A DNA stretch of 63,990 nucleotides, counting the filler, from Dimargaris cristalligena (Eukaryota), in the NCBI GenBank assembly GCA_003614675.1. It is 3 parts of 3 records of this genome, joined end to end, with 100 filler letters (N's around TTAATTAATTAA, not from the genome) between each part and the next. Parts side by side here need not be neighbours in the genome. Positions count along the whole stretch, not along the records: positions 1 to 21,697 come from ML002654.1; positions 21,798 to 43,484 come from ML002655.1; 1 more part is not named here. The stretch is one strand, 5' to 3'. Shown in pieces: positions 11,423-23,002 of the stretch. Under the pieces are notes generated by a model. The model was not told the origin of the DNA. It searched no databases and saw only the letters and a program-made list of their open reading frames with translations. The translations under genes were made by a program, and so were the position numbers. Numbering within the stretch: the stretch's first letter is position 1; each line of letters begins with the position of its first letter.

Positions 11423-11991
11423 TATTTTGCTGGGTTTGGATACGAGAATAGAGGTTGCGTAGAGGTTTAGGGAATGGGAATGGGCACAAGAGCAAGAGTG
11501 AAGTGTAATGCGGTGGGCAATGGGTGGGGTGGATGGTTCACTTTGGGAGTGAACAGTTAACAGAATGTGTATTAGGGAGACTGAAATGGGGAATAAATGG
11601 CTGAAAAAGAGCGAATTGGAGGGGTTTAAACAAGGGGTACGAAAGAGCAAAGAACTCAGTTAGTACAAGGGGGGTTAGGATTCTCAATATCCACACACAC
11701 ACACACACACACCAGGTCCGAACCAATTCCAAGTTCAATTGCTGAGGCCTCTCCGATTCCTGTACTTAATAACCAAGCCTTCCCCCATCTGCCTTGCTTT
11801 ATGTGAAGTTGCTCAGACCAACCTAGTTGGCAGCTTTTCCAAGCCCTTTAAACCTTTTCCTTCGCCTCTACCTGTATCCTTTTATTTATTTTAATTGACC
11901 GCCCAAAGCCGCTGCTGACTCTCCCCCTCCCCTACACTCGTCCTTTTTTTTTTGCTTCCTTATCCTATCCCAAACCCTCGGAAAGTTTCGC

Positions 11992-12789
11992 ATGGGCCAG
12001 AGTTTTAATGGGCCCGGCATTCGGGCGGCCGCCAGTGTCTTGTGGCGACCCCGCCTGCTTATCCCCCACCAAGTGGTCACCGATATCCGGGCCGTGGACT
12101 TTAGCGCTCTTCGGAAACAGGGCATTCGGGCCATTGGGTTCGATAAGGACAATTGCCTCACCCGGCCGTATGAGTCGACCCTCTATCCGCCATTCCGGGT
12201 AAGTTAGTCTACTTTTATTGCTTCTAGGAATGAGGTCGATGAATTCGCATTGCATTGCCGTTCCCCTTTATCCCACCACTGGCCAACTTTGGGCTTGGCA
12301 TTTTAACCGATACTTATTTTCAGTGAGATCCATATATATATTTATATATACTTTGTTGGATTGTATTATCGTTTAACCCAGGGGGCTTGGGAACAATGTC
12401 TCGAGACGTTCGGCGCCGATCATGTAGTTATCGTGTCCAATTCAGCCGGAACTCCGGATGATTCCGGATATACCCAGGCGCAGACCATCGAACGTGATTT
12501 GGGAGTACCTGTTCTCCGCCACCCCATCAAGAAACCGGCCGGCGGGGACGAATTGCTCGCTCATTTCGCCCCCCTTCCGCCTTCGCAAATTGCTTTTGTA
12601 GGCGACCGACTAATGACCGATATCGTGTTTGGTCACCGCTACGGCCTGTTCACCATCTGGACCCGCCAAATCGTGAGTGCCAAGGGGGATAATCCGGTAG
12701 CGGCCCGTCTGCGCGGCTTGGAGTACCGTATCTATGATTTTTTGAAGGGTTGGAAATGGCAGGCACCCGCTCATCCCTCTCAGAAGTAA
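11992..12789 (+). CDS. GEP4: Mitochondrial phosphatidylglycerophosphatase (HAD IIIA); exons 11992-12198 and 12382-12789
   Basis: MGQSFN..., FDKDNCLT.PY (HAD motif I), IVSNSAG, VLRH..KKP, VGDRLMTDI. Phase-0 intron GTAAGT(12199)...CAG(12381). Confidence 0.93.
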
Positions 12790-13407
12790 TGCATGAGACT
12801 TGACGTGTAATACCGATTTGTAATATGCCTCTCTAAAGGGCTTATGCGATTAAAAAGCTTTATAAATAAGGTAAAAAATACCACCAATTAATACGGATGC
12901 CATCCACAGCCCAACTCTATCCGAGTTTACAGGAAACGGCCCGGTATCAACCAAACCTGGTTAACTGAATTTTCTGTATATAGCCGACCCGAACTTACCT
13001 CGTTTGAATTTGCTATTTTCTCTGCTAAATAGACCAATACTGCGCTCTGTGGGGGTTATTATGCACAATGGGTACTATTTACCCTGTAGGTCACATTAAA
13101 TTGCTAGGCCAATGAAATTGTATAAATTGTATAAATTTATTATAATTATAGAATTGTTAACGATGGCTAAACTACGGGCTTTTACTGTATATGAATTAAG
13201 TGACAGGAGCTACTATATATATATATATATTTCCGTTACAACCGCTGAATAAAGTCACAAAAGAAATGAATTTAAAAGTACACTATAGCACTGAATGGTG
13301 GGCCTCGCTTGACCTATCCACCCGTTTGTATATTCCCTGCCATCCGCACCAAAGAGATAGAGAGAGAGAGAGAGAGGTGTGGAAGGGCACTGCTACACAG
13401 GTCCGGC

Positions 13408-13827
13408 CTAGCTAGTGGGGGCCGGAATAGCCGGGGTTGTTCCGGTCGGGCTCGCGGTCGTGTTGAGGGCATTCAATTTCTCATTTTTGTCCTTCTTATA
13501 GTTACGGTAGGTATCGATGAGCATACCCCCCAGACCAATACCCCAACCTACCGGACCGCTGAAGCCCAGGGCCAGGGCGCCCATACCGATGGAAAAGGGG
13601 TGGTCCTTGACGTAGTCCTTGGCCTTACCCAATAGTTTGTCGCGCTTGGACTGTTCGGGAGCGGCGGGGTTAGTGGCGGCAGCGGCAGTGGCACCACCAG
13701 TAGGATCCACGGTGGTCGCCGGGGCCGTTGTCGGGATGGTGGGGTCAGTGGCAGGCAGCGGGTGAGCTAGGACAATGGTGATGGTCGCCAGGAGCAAAAG
13801 ACCAAAGAAGAGGAAGCGGCGGACCAT
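13408..13827 (-). CDS. Small secreted or membrane-associated orphan protein, 139 aa
   Basis: GCCACCATG start context, signal peptide MVRRFLFFGLLLLATITIVLA-HP, Thr/Pro/Ala-rich linker, Gly-rich hydrophobic segment PFSIGMGALALGFSGPVGWGIGLGGML; GC-rich coding-like composition between AT-rich flanks. Confidence 0.8.
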   Translation of the reverse strand: MVRRFLFFGLLLLATITIVLAHPLPATDPTIPTTAPATTVDPTGGATAAAATNPAAPEQSKRDKLLGKAKDYVKDHPFSIGMGALALGFSGPVGWGIGLGGMLIDTYRNYKKDKNEKLNALNTTASPTGTTPAIPAPTS

Positions 13828-15729
13828 GGTGGCGGGGACAAGGGTACGGGTTGTGTAAATTTATGTATAGGAGAAGGTTCAGATAGGGTATATCTGGAAA
13901 AGAGGAAGTAGGACCGGGGGGGGGGGTTCAAGTACGCGGTAGGTATATTATCAGATTCGATGCCTCAAGCTAATTGTAGTTTGTTGGGAGGTTAAATATC
14001 ATGCAAGTCTTTCAAGCAACCAGACTGAAGAGACTGTTTAAAAAGTCAATGGGTAATTAAATCGTAAAGCTAATTAAAGAGCGGTGAATATATATATATA
14101 TATATATATATGAGCGGAGAATAAGGCAGGGAGAGGAATACGACGAATACTAGACCGCGCGGACTAGTAGTTAAAGTTGTCAAATAGAATGAACCTATCG
14201 ATAACTATCCAAGGCTGGCAGACCTGCAAGTTTTTATATATCACTAGTGAGGGGAAGGGGTGAGGATTCGCAGGAACTTAGCAGATAATAGTAGGTCGCG
14301 GCCCAGATGCTCGGGTCCCGCCACTCTTCTCCCCAATGCTCTCCACCTTTCCACCCCCCCTCTCGACTACCACTGTGTGGGCCTATTAACATGGCCAGTC
14401 CTAGCCCTAGCCCTAGTCCAAGTCCTAGTATGTCTCGGCGAACGCAGCTGAGTGGGTTCCCGACTCTCGCTGCCCATAAAGAACCGGCGGAGTCTATAAT
14501 TTAACGTGCTGTCCCGATCGGGTACTCCACTTGAATTACTCAACGGGGGGGCTCAAGTGTATATTCTTGACCCACGTATAAGCCATTGGATATAGTCGTC
14601 GCCGTCGTCGAAGGAATAGAAAGAGACTCATGGTCATAGTAAACTACAGTGGTTTCGGCTTTTCCCTTCTCCCATTCCTCGCACGACCATCATTGGTTTC
14701 CTCCCTTTTTTCTCTCCCGATATGGAGACTCTTCCTCCCTCCCTCATCCTCTCTTTGGTCGACAACGACGGCTACCCTGTCTAGGAATTCATGATTCGTC
14801 AAAGGCCTAACTTAGAGCCGTGACCGTCGCTGCCCTCTCGCTTTCTTGTCCTCCAACACTCTATCCAACTATAGAGATTCTTGGTCGCTTGAACGTTTAC
14901 GCGAGTTGCCCGCTAGGTAACGTCCCGCCGCCATAAGGTTATTTTTAGATAGGGCAATGCACGGAACGCAAATACTAGACAGCAAGAGAGTAGCAACCTA
15001 AAATGGGATACAGCCTTGAAAATCTTCGTAGGGACTTATTTTATCCACACCCCCTTCCTCCCTCACTCCTTTATAGATGAAGACTTTGCCAAGGCCTTCA
15101 GAGACTGTATACTTTTTCGGGTGAGAACTAAAGAAGCTGCCTCTCCTATTCAATGTGGCTGCTCTTTATGGTGCCCCGCTTATTCACCCAGCCAGTCCAA
15201 ATGGCACCTAATTTGATGGCTTTTATGGAGTCATACAGTAGAAAAGGGCGGAAAAATGGGCAAATAGGTGGTGGTGGGGCAAGATACATTTAGGCTGGGG
15301 CGTTGGTTAGTTCGAATGTTGTCGTTAAATGAAAGGTCGCACCACCACCAGCCTGGCTCTTGTGGAGTACCGCAGTAAGCTCCCTAAACTGTTTGGGAGA
15401 GCTCTAACCCCAACCCCACTTCAACAACCGAAATCCAGTCCACAATCGCCATGGTCAGTCACAGTGTTGTGGACCTTGAGGGGAAGAAACGACCAGACTC
15501 GCTTAATAGCGAAATACTCTGAGAGACGATGACACTCCCCCCTAGAGGAGCCATGGCCGAGACCCCAAACCGATCTGGGTCTGCGATTCAGCCAACTTTC
15601 GTTACATTAACAACTTAGTTTCGCATTCCTCTACCCTTTTCCTTTAACCAATCCTTAGTTGTGTGGCATAACCTATAAATTAACATTTATATATACAACT
15701 AACCCTTTTTCCATTGATACCCCGCGACC

Positions 15730-17040
15730 ATGTCCCAAATACTCCGTCCCCAGGGCTGGCTAAATGCCCTTTCGGTACCAAAGGGCCTCACATTCGCCAT
15801 CAGGGGCCAATCCGCTGCTTCGGCCCCGAAGTTGGCCCAACTCGGCTGGTCCAGTTCCAATTCCACCACTATTGCTAGTCGCCCCCTCACTGGACTGACC
15901 CGCCGCCACCCTATCAAGTCACCACCACCAGTGGTAGCAGGGTCTTCGTTTTCGGTGCTGAGTGGTGGTGTTGGTAGTAGTAGCACTGGACCGGCCCCCT
16001 TCCTTTCCCGGGGGGTGGCCCCGCTCCACCGCCGCCAGCCCCCCTTTTCGCCATTCGGTGCCGCTTGGAACTACTACTCCACGGCCGCTGGTATCCAGCG
16101 GGTCAACCGGTCCCGGAATTCCTGGGGGCGTCTATTTTTAGGCATCGTGCCCCTTATTTGTATTGGTTTAGGTTCGTGGCAGGTCTATCGGTTGCGCTGG
16201 AAGGAAGAAATCATTGCTAAAGCGGATGCCGTACAGGCCCTGCCCGTCGTTGCCCTGCCGAAAGAGGTATCCTCCGATGTCGAGCAACTCGTCAAGGACT
16301 GGGAGTACCGCCGGGTTCTGTTGGTGGGCTACCTTTGTCACGACGAGGAAATGCTGGTCGGCCCGCGGGCCTTTGAGGGTGAAAACGGGTTTATGGTAGT
16401 GACCCCCTTGGTTCGGGAGGACGGGTAAGTATAGTCAACTAGTGACGATGGTATGGCATGCTTAATTTTTGTGTGTGTATGTGTGTGTGTGTCCCCCATT
16501 TCCCAAGTCCATTAATTCACTCTATGAATTCTACCTTGCAACGCTCTATGGTATCCTGCTAAATACATTGAGTACGCTAGCTCCAAGGTTCTGGTTAAAC
16601 GCGGCTGGATCCCCAAAACCAAAGCCGACCCGGCCACCCGTCCGGAAAGTCGCCGCACAGACCTTTACACCATTTTCGGGCTCGTCCGCCAGGGTGAAGC
16701 CGAAAACGCCTTTACCCCCCGCAATCACCCGGACCGCAACCAATGGTTCGTGACGAACACCACGGAAATGGCGGCCCATACCCATGCCCTCCCGATTCTG
16801 GTGGAGGAAATTTACGACCCCCGGCGGAGTCCGCCGAGCAAAATTTTAATGGAGCGGGGGATTCCTTTGGGACGCAGTGAAGCGGTGACATTCCGGAATA
16901 ATCATATGCAGTACATTGTGACGTGGTACGCCCTGGCGGCCTTTACGGCGGTCATGTACGGGGTGCTGGTGGCCCAGGGTAGAGCGTCAGCCGTTCCTTC
17001 GGCCGTTCGCCATCGGGCTCGGCAAATGAGCAAACTTTAA
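15730..17040 (+). CDS. SHY1: SURF1/Shy1 cytochrome c oxidase assembly factor; exons 15730-16424 and 16581-17040
   Basis: P...GLGSWQVYRLRWK, EYRRV, GPR..EGENGFMVVTPL, VLVKRGWIP, NNHMQYIVTWYAL. Phase-2 intron GTAAGT(16425)...TAG(16580) restores the frame. Confidence 0.95.
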
Positions 17041-17989
17041 AGGAGGGGGAGTAGTTAATTGCAATTTATGCACATGTATCTCTCCCTTCCCCTTCCCCCT
17101 ACGCCCCCTTCCATATATATATATATATATTACATGTTATTCGGGGTTGAATTTATCGAATTAGGTATAGCCCAGGCACCCCTAACCGCGTGCTTTTGTT
17201 TGTCTATTTTAAAATAAACGAACTAATAGATGTCACTCTCTGGTTTTACTTATGAAGTAGCTTGTTTTTGGATATTGGGGATACGGGGGGGGGGGGGGAT
17301 ATCGTGGGGACAATGGTTTTTAATCGGGTGAAATGCGACCCCATCTATCATCATTATTGATGTTGATCTGCCTATGTCTTCGTAATGGAATTGTCGTCAT
17401 GGCGAGGGCCGTCGCTAATTCGCAGAGGCAGTAACCTTAGTTTCGATTCGTGCCAATGGATGCGTTCATCAGATAATGATGTAAACGGGAGGAGACTGCA
17501 GAGGGGGTGGAAATAGCCATATGCCAGCAGTCCTCGGTGTAATCATATCCATTTAGCCGGGTTAGCTGGGTGATGGTTATCGGGTGGTTTGTGTGGCTGG
17601 ACTTCCCAGGCTCACCTGTGTTGCTCAGCTTATCTCAATAGGAGGGTAACAACTAACTTCAGGTGAACGAGACGGCCTGGTTGTCCTCATGGGGGTTCTG
17701 AATTGGGCGGCCCAGTCAATCAGTCACCCAGTCAGTCCTACTCCACCTTTAACACAAGCTTCTCCACGCTTATCCCTTTGCTATTATAGGCATCTCTCCC
17801 TTTGCTGGTCTCCCCATTTCCTCTTCCTATTTTACTCTATAGCCGGTTGGATTCACGCCTCCTCAGTACCCTATATTCATTCCGCCAGCTGGTATTACTC
17901 AATCAAGCTCACTTTCCTCCCCTTCATTCCCCGTCCCCCCAAAAGAAAATAGCCGCATTAACGCCCTCCCCACCAGCCGCGTGGTTTTA

Positions 17990-19282
17990 ATGTCCCCCGT
18001 GCGCTTAGCCGTCGCCCCGAGCGAGTCACCCGCCCTGTCGTCGTCATCCTCGTCACACCCCAATCTCAAGCACACCATCGCCGGTGCCGGGGCTGGTTGT
18101 GTATCAGCCATCGTCACCTGTCCCTTGGATGTCGTCAAAACCCGTTTACAGAACCAAGGCCGGGGGGATGGCATTACCCCGCTCTACCGGGGTACGTTAC
18201 ATACTCTCCGGCGGATCGGCGCAGAGGAGGGCATCCGGGGCCTCTACCGAGGGCTAGGACCCACCGTCATGGGCTATTTGCCCACTTGGGCCATCTACTT
18301 TTCGACCTACGATGCGCTCAAGGTTCAGATCGCGCGGCGGCTAAACCGGTCCATTGACCACCCCCTCGTCCATATTCTATCCGCTACGGGGGCCGGGGCT
18401 ACTAGCTCAATGGCCACTAATCCGCTCTGGGTTATCAAAACCCGGTTTATGGTATGTAATTCTCCCCTTACCATTTTTTTTCATGTATCCGATATTTTTA
18501 AAACTCCACCCACGGTTGGCACTTTGAGTCTACTTCTAAACCGTCTATTATGCCTAACCACACTTACTCTACTAACATTGCCCATTTGTACGATCGCCAA
18601 CTAGACCCAAAATGAGCGGACGGCATACCGCTACAACAACACCCTCCATGCTTTTCAAAGTATCCTTCGGACCGAAGGGGTCCGGGGCCTATACAAGGGC
18701 CTAGGTTCCAGTTTCCTGGGTCTAAGCCACGTGGTGGTGCATTTCCCACTCTACGAAAAACTAAAGCTTTGGCTGAAAACCATCCCGGCCTTTTCCAATG
18801 ATTCGGAACCCCCACACGCGGGCCTTATTTCCTTCCGCTCATCTCTCGGGACGAGCGGCGAGAACCAGCGGGGAACTGTTAGTCTACCTTCCCCCTCGTT
18901 GGGCGAGATCGACCCCACCCTTCTGGACGACCCCGATTGGGATAAAACCCACCCCCACTCGTATCAGTTTACCCGGCCCCTGCGGGATCCCCCCCCTGAG
19001 TTGGACCGCACCATTAATACCCGCGGCATTCTAGTCGCTAGTGCACTGTCCAAACTGACGGCCAGTGTCATCACCTACCCGCACGAGGTGATCCGTACCC
19101 GTCTGCAAAACCAGTCAACGCCGCCCTACCGGTACCACGGTATTGTTCACGCCATCCGGACGATATTTCACGAGGAGGGGTGGCGGGCCTTTTACCGGGG
19201 ACTGCCTACTAATCTGATCCGTACCGTACCGGCCAGTGCCGTAACCCTCCTGACCTATGAGTTACTGGTGAAGTATCTCTAG
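17990..19282 (+). CDS. Mitochondrial carrier family protein, NAD+ transporter (Ndt1/Yia6-like); exons 17990-18451 and 18605-19282
   Basis: Three carrier signatures (CPLDVVKTRLQ, NPLWVIKTRFM, YPHEVIRTRLQ); GYLPTWAIYF is typical of the NAD+ carrier subfamily. Intron GTATGT(18452)...TACTAAC...TAG(18604). Confidence 0.9.
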
Positions 19283-20300
19283 AGTTATGATGACCTGGCC
19301 TCGCCGTGGTAGTGATGCCCCAACCTGGATTCTGCTGCCTCTGCCTCGGCGACTGAAGTATATAGATTGTTTTTGTCAAATTGCCCAAAAATATAAACCA
19401 GCCTTGACCATTCACCCCGCCCTACTATACACTTCGGTTTTCTATTTATAAGTTATTGATTGGGGTGTTTTTCTATTTTTTAAAAAAAACGCAAAGACAA
19501 TTATCATTATATTTATTATACTCTTTGTATACCCGCTTTTTAACAGCATAAGAAACTAAGCTTGTACATTTATTTATCTCCTATTTTCGATTGATACTTT
19601 TAGTTTCCACCACCCCACCCTTTTCACACATCATACTCCCGAGAGCTATTTTTACTCGGGATCATTCGGAATCTAATAAACCAACCCGGTCAGTAAACTG
19701 TATCGATTCCCCTTTCTCGAGGCTAGACTATTCCAACACCCCCTCCCCATACAGCCCGAGGTTGGGGAGGAACCGTTGACAATAGAGAGGGGGGGTGGTT
19801 GAGTATGGCTGTATGGTGGAGTGGTGTAACGTAGGCTCCCCGAGGGATTTTCGTAGGAGGGCTGGCACTGGTCCGGTTGGCTCCTAATTGTTATATAATT
19901 AACTGTATTAGGGCGGATCCTGTGCGCTCCACTGAATAAACCGTCCGTCCGCCTTAAGTGGTAATTAATATGCCCGCCTGTCACTGTTAGGAGCAAGGCG
20001 GGGGTGGAGCGAACAGGCCATACTATACCCACCCCCTCTGAAATCACTGTCCTACGTAATTCTTGGAGTTTTTGAACACCCGATACTATTTCGTCCCTAG
20101 TCCTTCTTCCACCCTAACCCGAGACACACCCAACCCCATCCGCCAACCTAAGGCAACTATAGCAGACCTCCTCCTCCCCCTTTATTACCCTTATAAACGG
20201 TAGTTCTGGCCAACTCATCTATCCTCATCCCACCTTCCTCCCTCGCTTTCTCCTACCTTTTATTTACTTCCCCCATCATCTTTCCTTCTATATTTTCACC

Positions 20301-20891
20301 ATGGGCTACTTCGACACCCTTCCCAAGAGTTTCGCCGACGTTCCTTTCGTCGATGGCCAGGTGGACACCCCGGCCTTCCTCGAAGCCGCCGAGGGTTTGG
20401 TGGATTTGTTCGACGCCATCAACCCCCTGGCTTTCAAGCCCGTCAAGGCCGACATGACCGGTAATATCAAGAAAATCCGCACCAAGTACCTGACCAACCC
20501 CGCGGCCTACGCCACGCTCGAGCAGATTGTCCTGAGCGAAGTCGGAGCCAAGGACCGTTCCGCCACCCAGGGGCTCCTGTGGCTCAAGCGGGGTCTCGAA
20601 TTCACCGCCAAGGCCCTGCGTCGCAACATCGATGACGCCGCCGAGGAACTCAGCGTGTCCTTTACCGCCGCCTACGGCGAAACCCTGCGTCAGTTCCACG
20701 GTATGTTGGTCCGCCCCATCTTCGCCATGGCTATGAAGGCCTGTCCCTACCGTAAGGACTTTTACGCCAATTTGGGCGATGATACCGTCAAAGTGAAGAC
20801 CGACCTGGAGAAGTGGCTCGTGGGTCTCGAACATATCATCGCTAGTCTGAATAAGTTTTACGATAGCGGTAATTACGGCAAGGGTCTCTAG
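20301..20891 (+). CDS. Glycolipid transfer protein (GLTP / HET-C2 family)
   Basis: FLEAAEGLVDLFD, FKPVKADMTGNIKK, ATQGLLWLKRGLEF, AYGETLRQFHG..VRPIF..AMKACPYRKDFY. Confidence 0.93.
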   Translation: MGYFDTLPKSFADVPFVDGQVDTPAFLEAAEGLVDLFDAINPLAFKPVKADMTGNIKKIRTKYLTNPAAYATLEQIVLSEVGAKDRSATQGLLWLKRGLEFTAKALRRNIDDAAEELSVSFTAAYGETLRQFHGMLVRPIFAMAMKACPYRKDFYANLGDDTVKVKTDLEKWLVGLEHIIASLNKFYDSGNYGKGL

Positions 20892-21560
20892 ATAGATACA
20901 TAGAGAAAGAGAGAGAGATACATGTCCCTCCTTTCTCGTAATATCCCCCGGGGGGTGGACCCCTCCGGTTCGATATGGGTTGGGCAAGATACCCTTTTCT
21001 TTTTCGGCATTGCTGGGAGGGAAACGTAGTCAAATTTGGTTAGAGCTTCATTCCCAGGCCTTTCCTCCCCCCCTCCTGCTTTATCTGATCTTAAACGACT
21101 ATCGGCTTAATGAGTCATATATCCCTTCTACAGTTTCGACCCTTTTCGGTATTGGGTTTTTTGTGTACCCGAAAAAGTGTTCACTGCTCTTTTCCGACTC
21201 ACTGGTTCCGTTAAAATCAGGATTATACGACGTTCACCATTCGCACAGCCAATTCATTATCCTGCTGTATTTCCAAGTATTAAAGTGAACTCTCGTGGCT
21301 ATTCTATCTATCCTTATAATATGTCCCAATTTGTGCTTGGGCAAGAAATTAAAAGCTAACTAAGGCCGGAAATCGCTGATCGGGCGTATTGCTCCGGGGA
21401 TGGGAACATTGAACAGCTTGGATCAACTGTAACCACATAAAACAGTCCAGTTTAGTAAAATGAAAAAGAAAACACCACCGGGGGATTTTTGTACAAAAAT
21501 AATACTCGATATCAGACCCTAAAAATAAAAGCATCTTTCGTACAAGAAATACCCAAAAAG

Positions 21561-21634
21561 CGATCGCAGCAGGACTCGAACCTGCAATCTCCTGATCCGT
21601 AGTCAGGTGCCTTATCCAATTTGGCCATGCGACC
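21561..21634 (-). tRNA. tRNA-Arg, anticodon ACG
   Basis: Reverse complement GGTCGCATGGCCAAATTGGATAAGGCACCTGACT-ACG-GATCAGGAGATTGCAGGTTCGAGTCCTGCTGCGATCG folds as a cloverleaf with GTTCGA T-loop; a T5 Pol III terminator follows. Confidence 0.96.
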
Positions 21635-21697
21635 CACCATATTATTGTTGTGCAATAGCAGGAGAATAGTGAAAAGGAAAGTTTAAACAGTAATAAA

Positions 21698-21797
21698 NNN
21701 NNNNNNNNNNNNNNNNNNNNNNNNNNNNNNNNNNNNNNNNNTTAATTAATTAANNNNNNNNNNNNNNNNNNNNNNNNNNNNNNNNNNNNNNNNNNNN
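21698..21797. other. Artificial contig-joining spacer (N44-TTAATTAATTAA-N44)
   Basis: Exactly 100 nt with a 12-mer giving stops in all six frames; an identical copy lies at 43485-43584. Confidence 0.97.
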
Positions 21798-22112
21798 CAA
21801 CGGGCTCCTCAGTAGCCATGTCGATGCCTTCCCAACCCCAATCCCCGGCGGTGTCCGAGACATCTTCCAAAGGGGGAAGTTCGTTTAAAATCCGGCTCAA
21901 GCCGCCGGGGGGGAGGTGGTACTTCACCGGGTGCCTCCACCCCGGTAACTTCGTCATCTGGCAGCGGCCCCTACCAGGCCAGGTCTCGGGCGACGTCCCC
22001 TTCGCTGGATTCGTACAACCATCCTCCACCGCCGACTTCCGGACATAAACGGTCCGCGGATTCGTCGCGGCAGGGTGGGTCGACGGCCTCCCGGCGACGG
22101 ACTGGCCGCTAG
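21798..22112 (+). CDS. Probable 3' end of a protein-coding gene cut by the contig start, with a possible 1-nt frameshift in a G7 run
   Basis: GC-rich coding-like sequence TGSSVAMSMPSQPQSPAVSETSSKGGSSFKIRLKPP; removing one G at 21907-21913 continues GGGGTSPGASTPVTSSSGSGPYQARSRATSPSLDSYNHPPPPTSGHKRSADSSRQGGSTASRRRTGR to TAG at 22110-22112, followed by AT-rich 3'UTR-like DNA. Confidence 0.5.
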
Positions 22113-23002
22113 GATGGAATGGGCCCTCTCTCCGCGTAGAACCGGGACTATGATGTTATTTGATTTTTCCCTTTCCATGTCTGAGTAGTAGAATTACTTT
22201 TTAATGATAATCGTAACGGTCGTAATAAACGAGACATACGTCTCCATCAGATGTTTACATTTTATTTAACTGGCGATTATTGGAACTAGATATACCCCGG
22301 AGGAAGGGGGGGGTTGTTTACAATTATATCCAAGTGGGTTGCGTTTCATAGGTATAGTACTTGGACGGGGGAACATGGATCCCTAACCCGCCGAATGTTT
22401 AAGACCTGGTGCGATATCGATTCGCATTGTCATGATATAAGTTATTCCGCCTAGCTACTGCTTCCACAAGAGGGTTGGCATAGGCGTGGCTAGACCGTGT
22501 TGTTTTTTAATACACAAAATGACAATGGATAATTATATGAAACCTTGGGGCGGGTTGATAACCAGGAACAACACCCCTGCAGTAACCAAATGTTAGACCA
22601 CGAAGATTTATGTTGAAAGTGCCTAGCGTAGATCATTATCTTCCTTGGGCTCGACTATGGGAGAGCCGGGCTGCTGGAAATGGGAAGAAGGGCACTAAAT
22701 ATATCCTTGACAAGCGCGCAATTCCCCACTGATTCAAATTTAATATCAATACCCAATTTTACAATAGAGCTTACTTCTCCCCCAACTGGCCACCAGTATA
22801 GCCTCTCCAGTGGCTCAGCCCGCCTTTGTTATATATGCCTGAACTCAGAAATCCCCTCATTCCTTTTTAAAACTAACCCCGCTGTATATACTTTCTTTCT
22901 ATTTGGGTCCATTGACCTTCAGAAACCGCTGCATTGTCGCATTCGCCGTACCCTATCCCAGAGATTGGCCCCATCCCGCAACGTCTGACTAAATTGCCCG
23001 GC

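Noticed and set aside
14396..14430. CCCTAG-like tandem units as interstitial telomere (also near 31736 and 50753)
   Set aside because: Only 3-5 degenerate units and not CCCTAA; ordinary low-complexity sequence.
20253..20987. Long antisense ORFs over GLTP (similarly over BUB3, WOPR, bZIP and SEL1, e.g. 59698-60537)
   Set aside because: Shadow ORFs expected from GC-rich third codon positions of the real genes.
21742..21753. TTAATTAATTAA as a biological palindrome, and ORFs ending ...XXXLIN
   Set aside because: Synthetic six-frame-stop linker inside N runs, repeated identically at 43529-43540.
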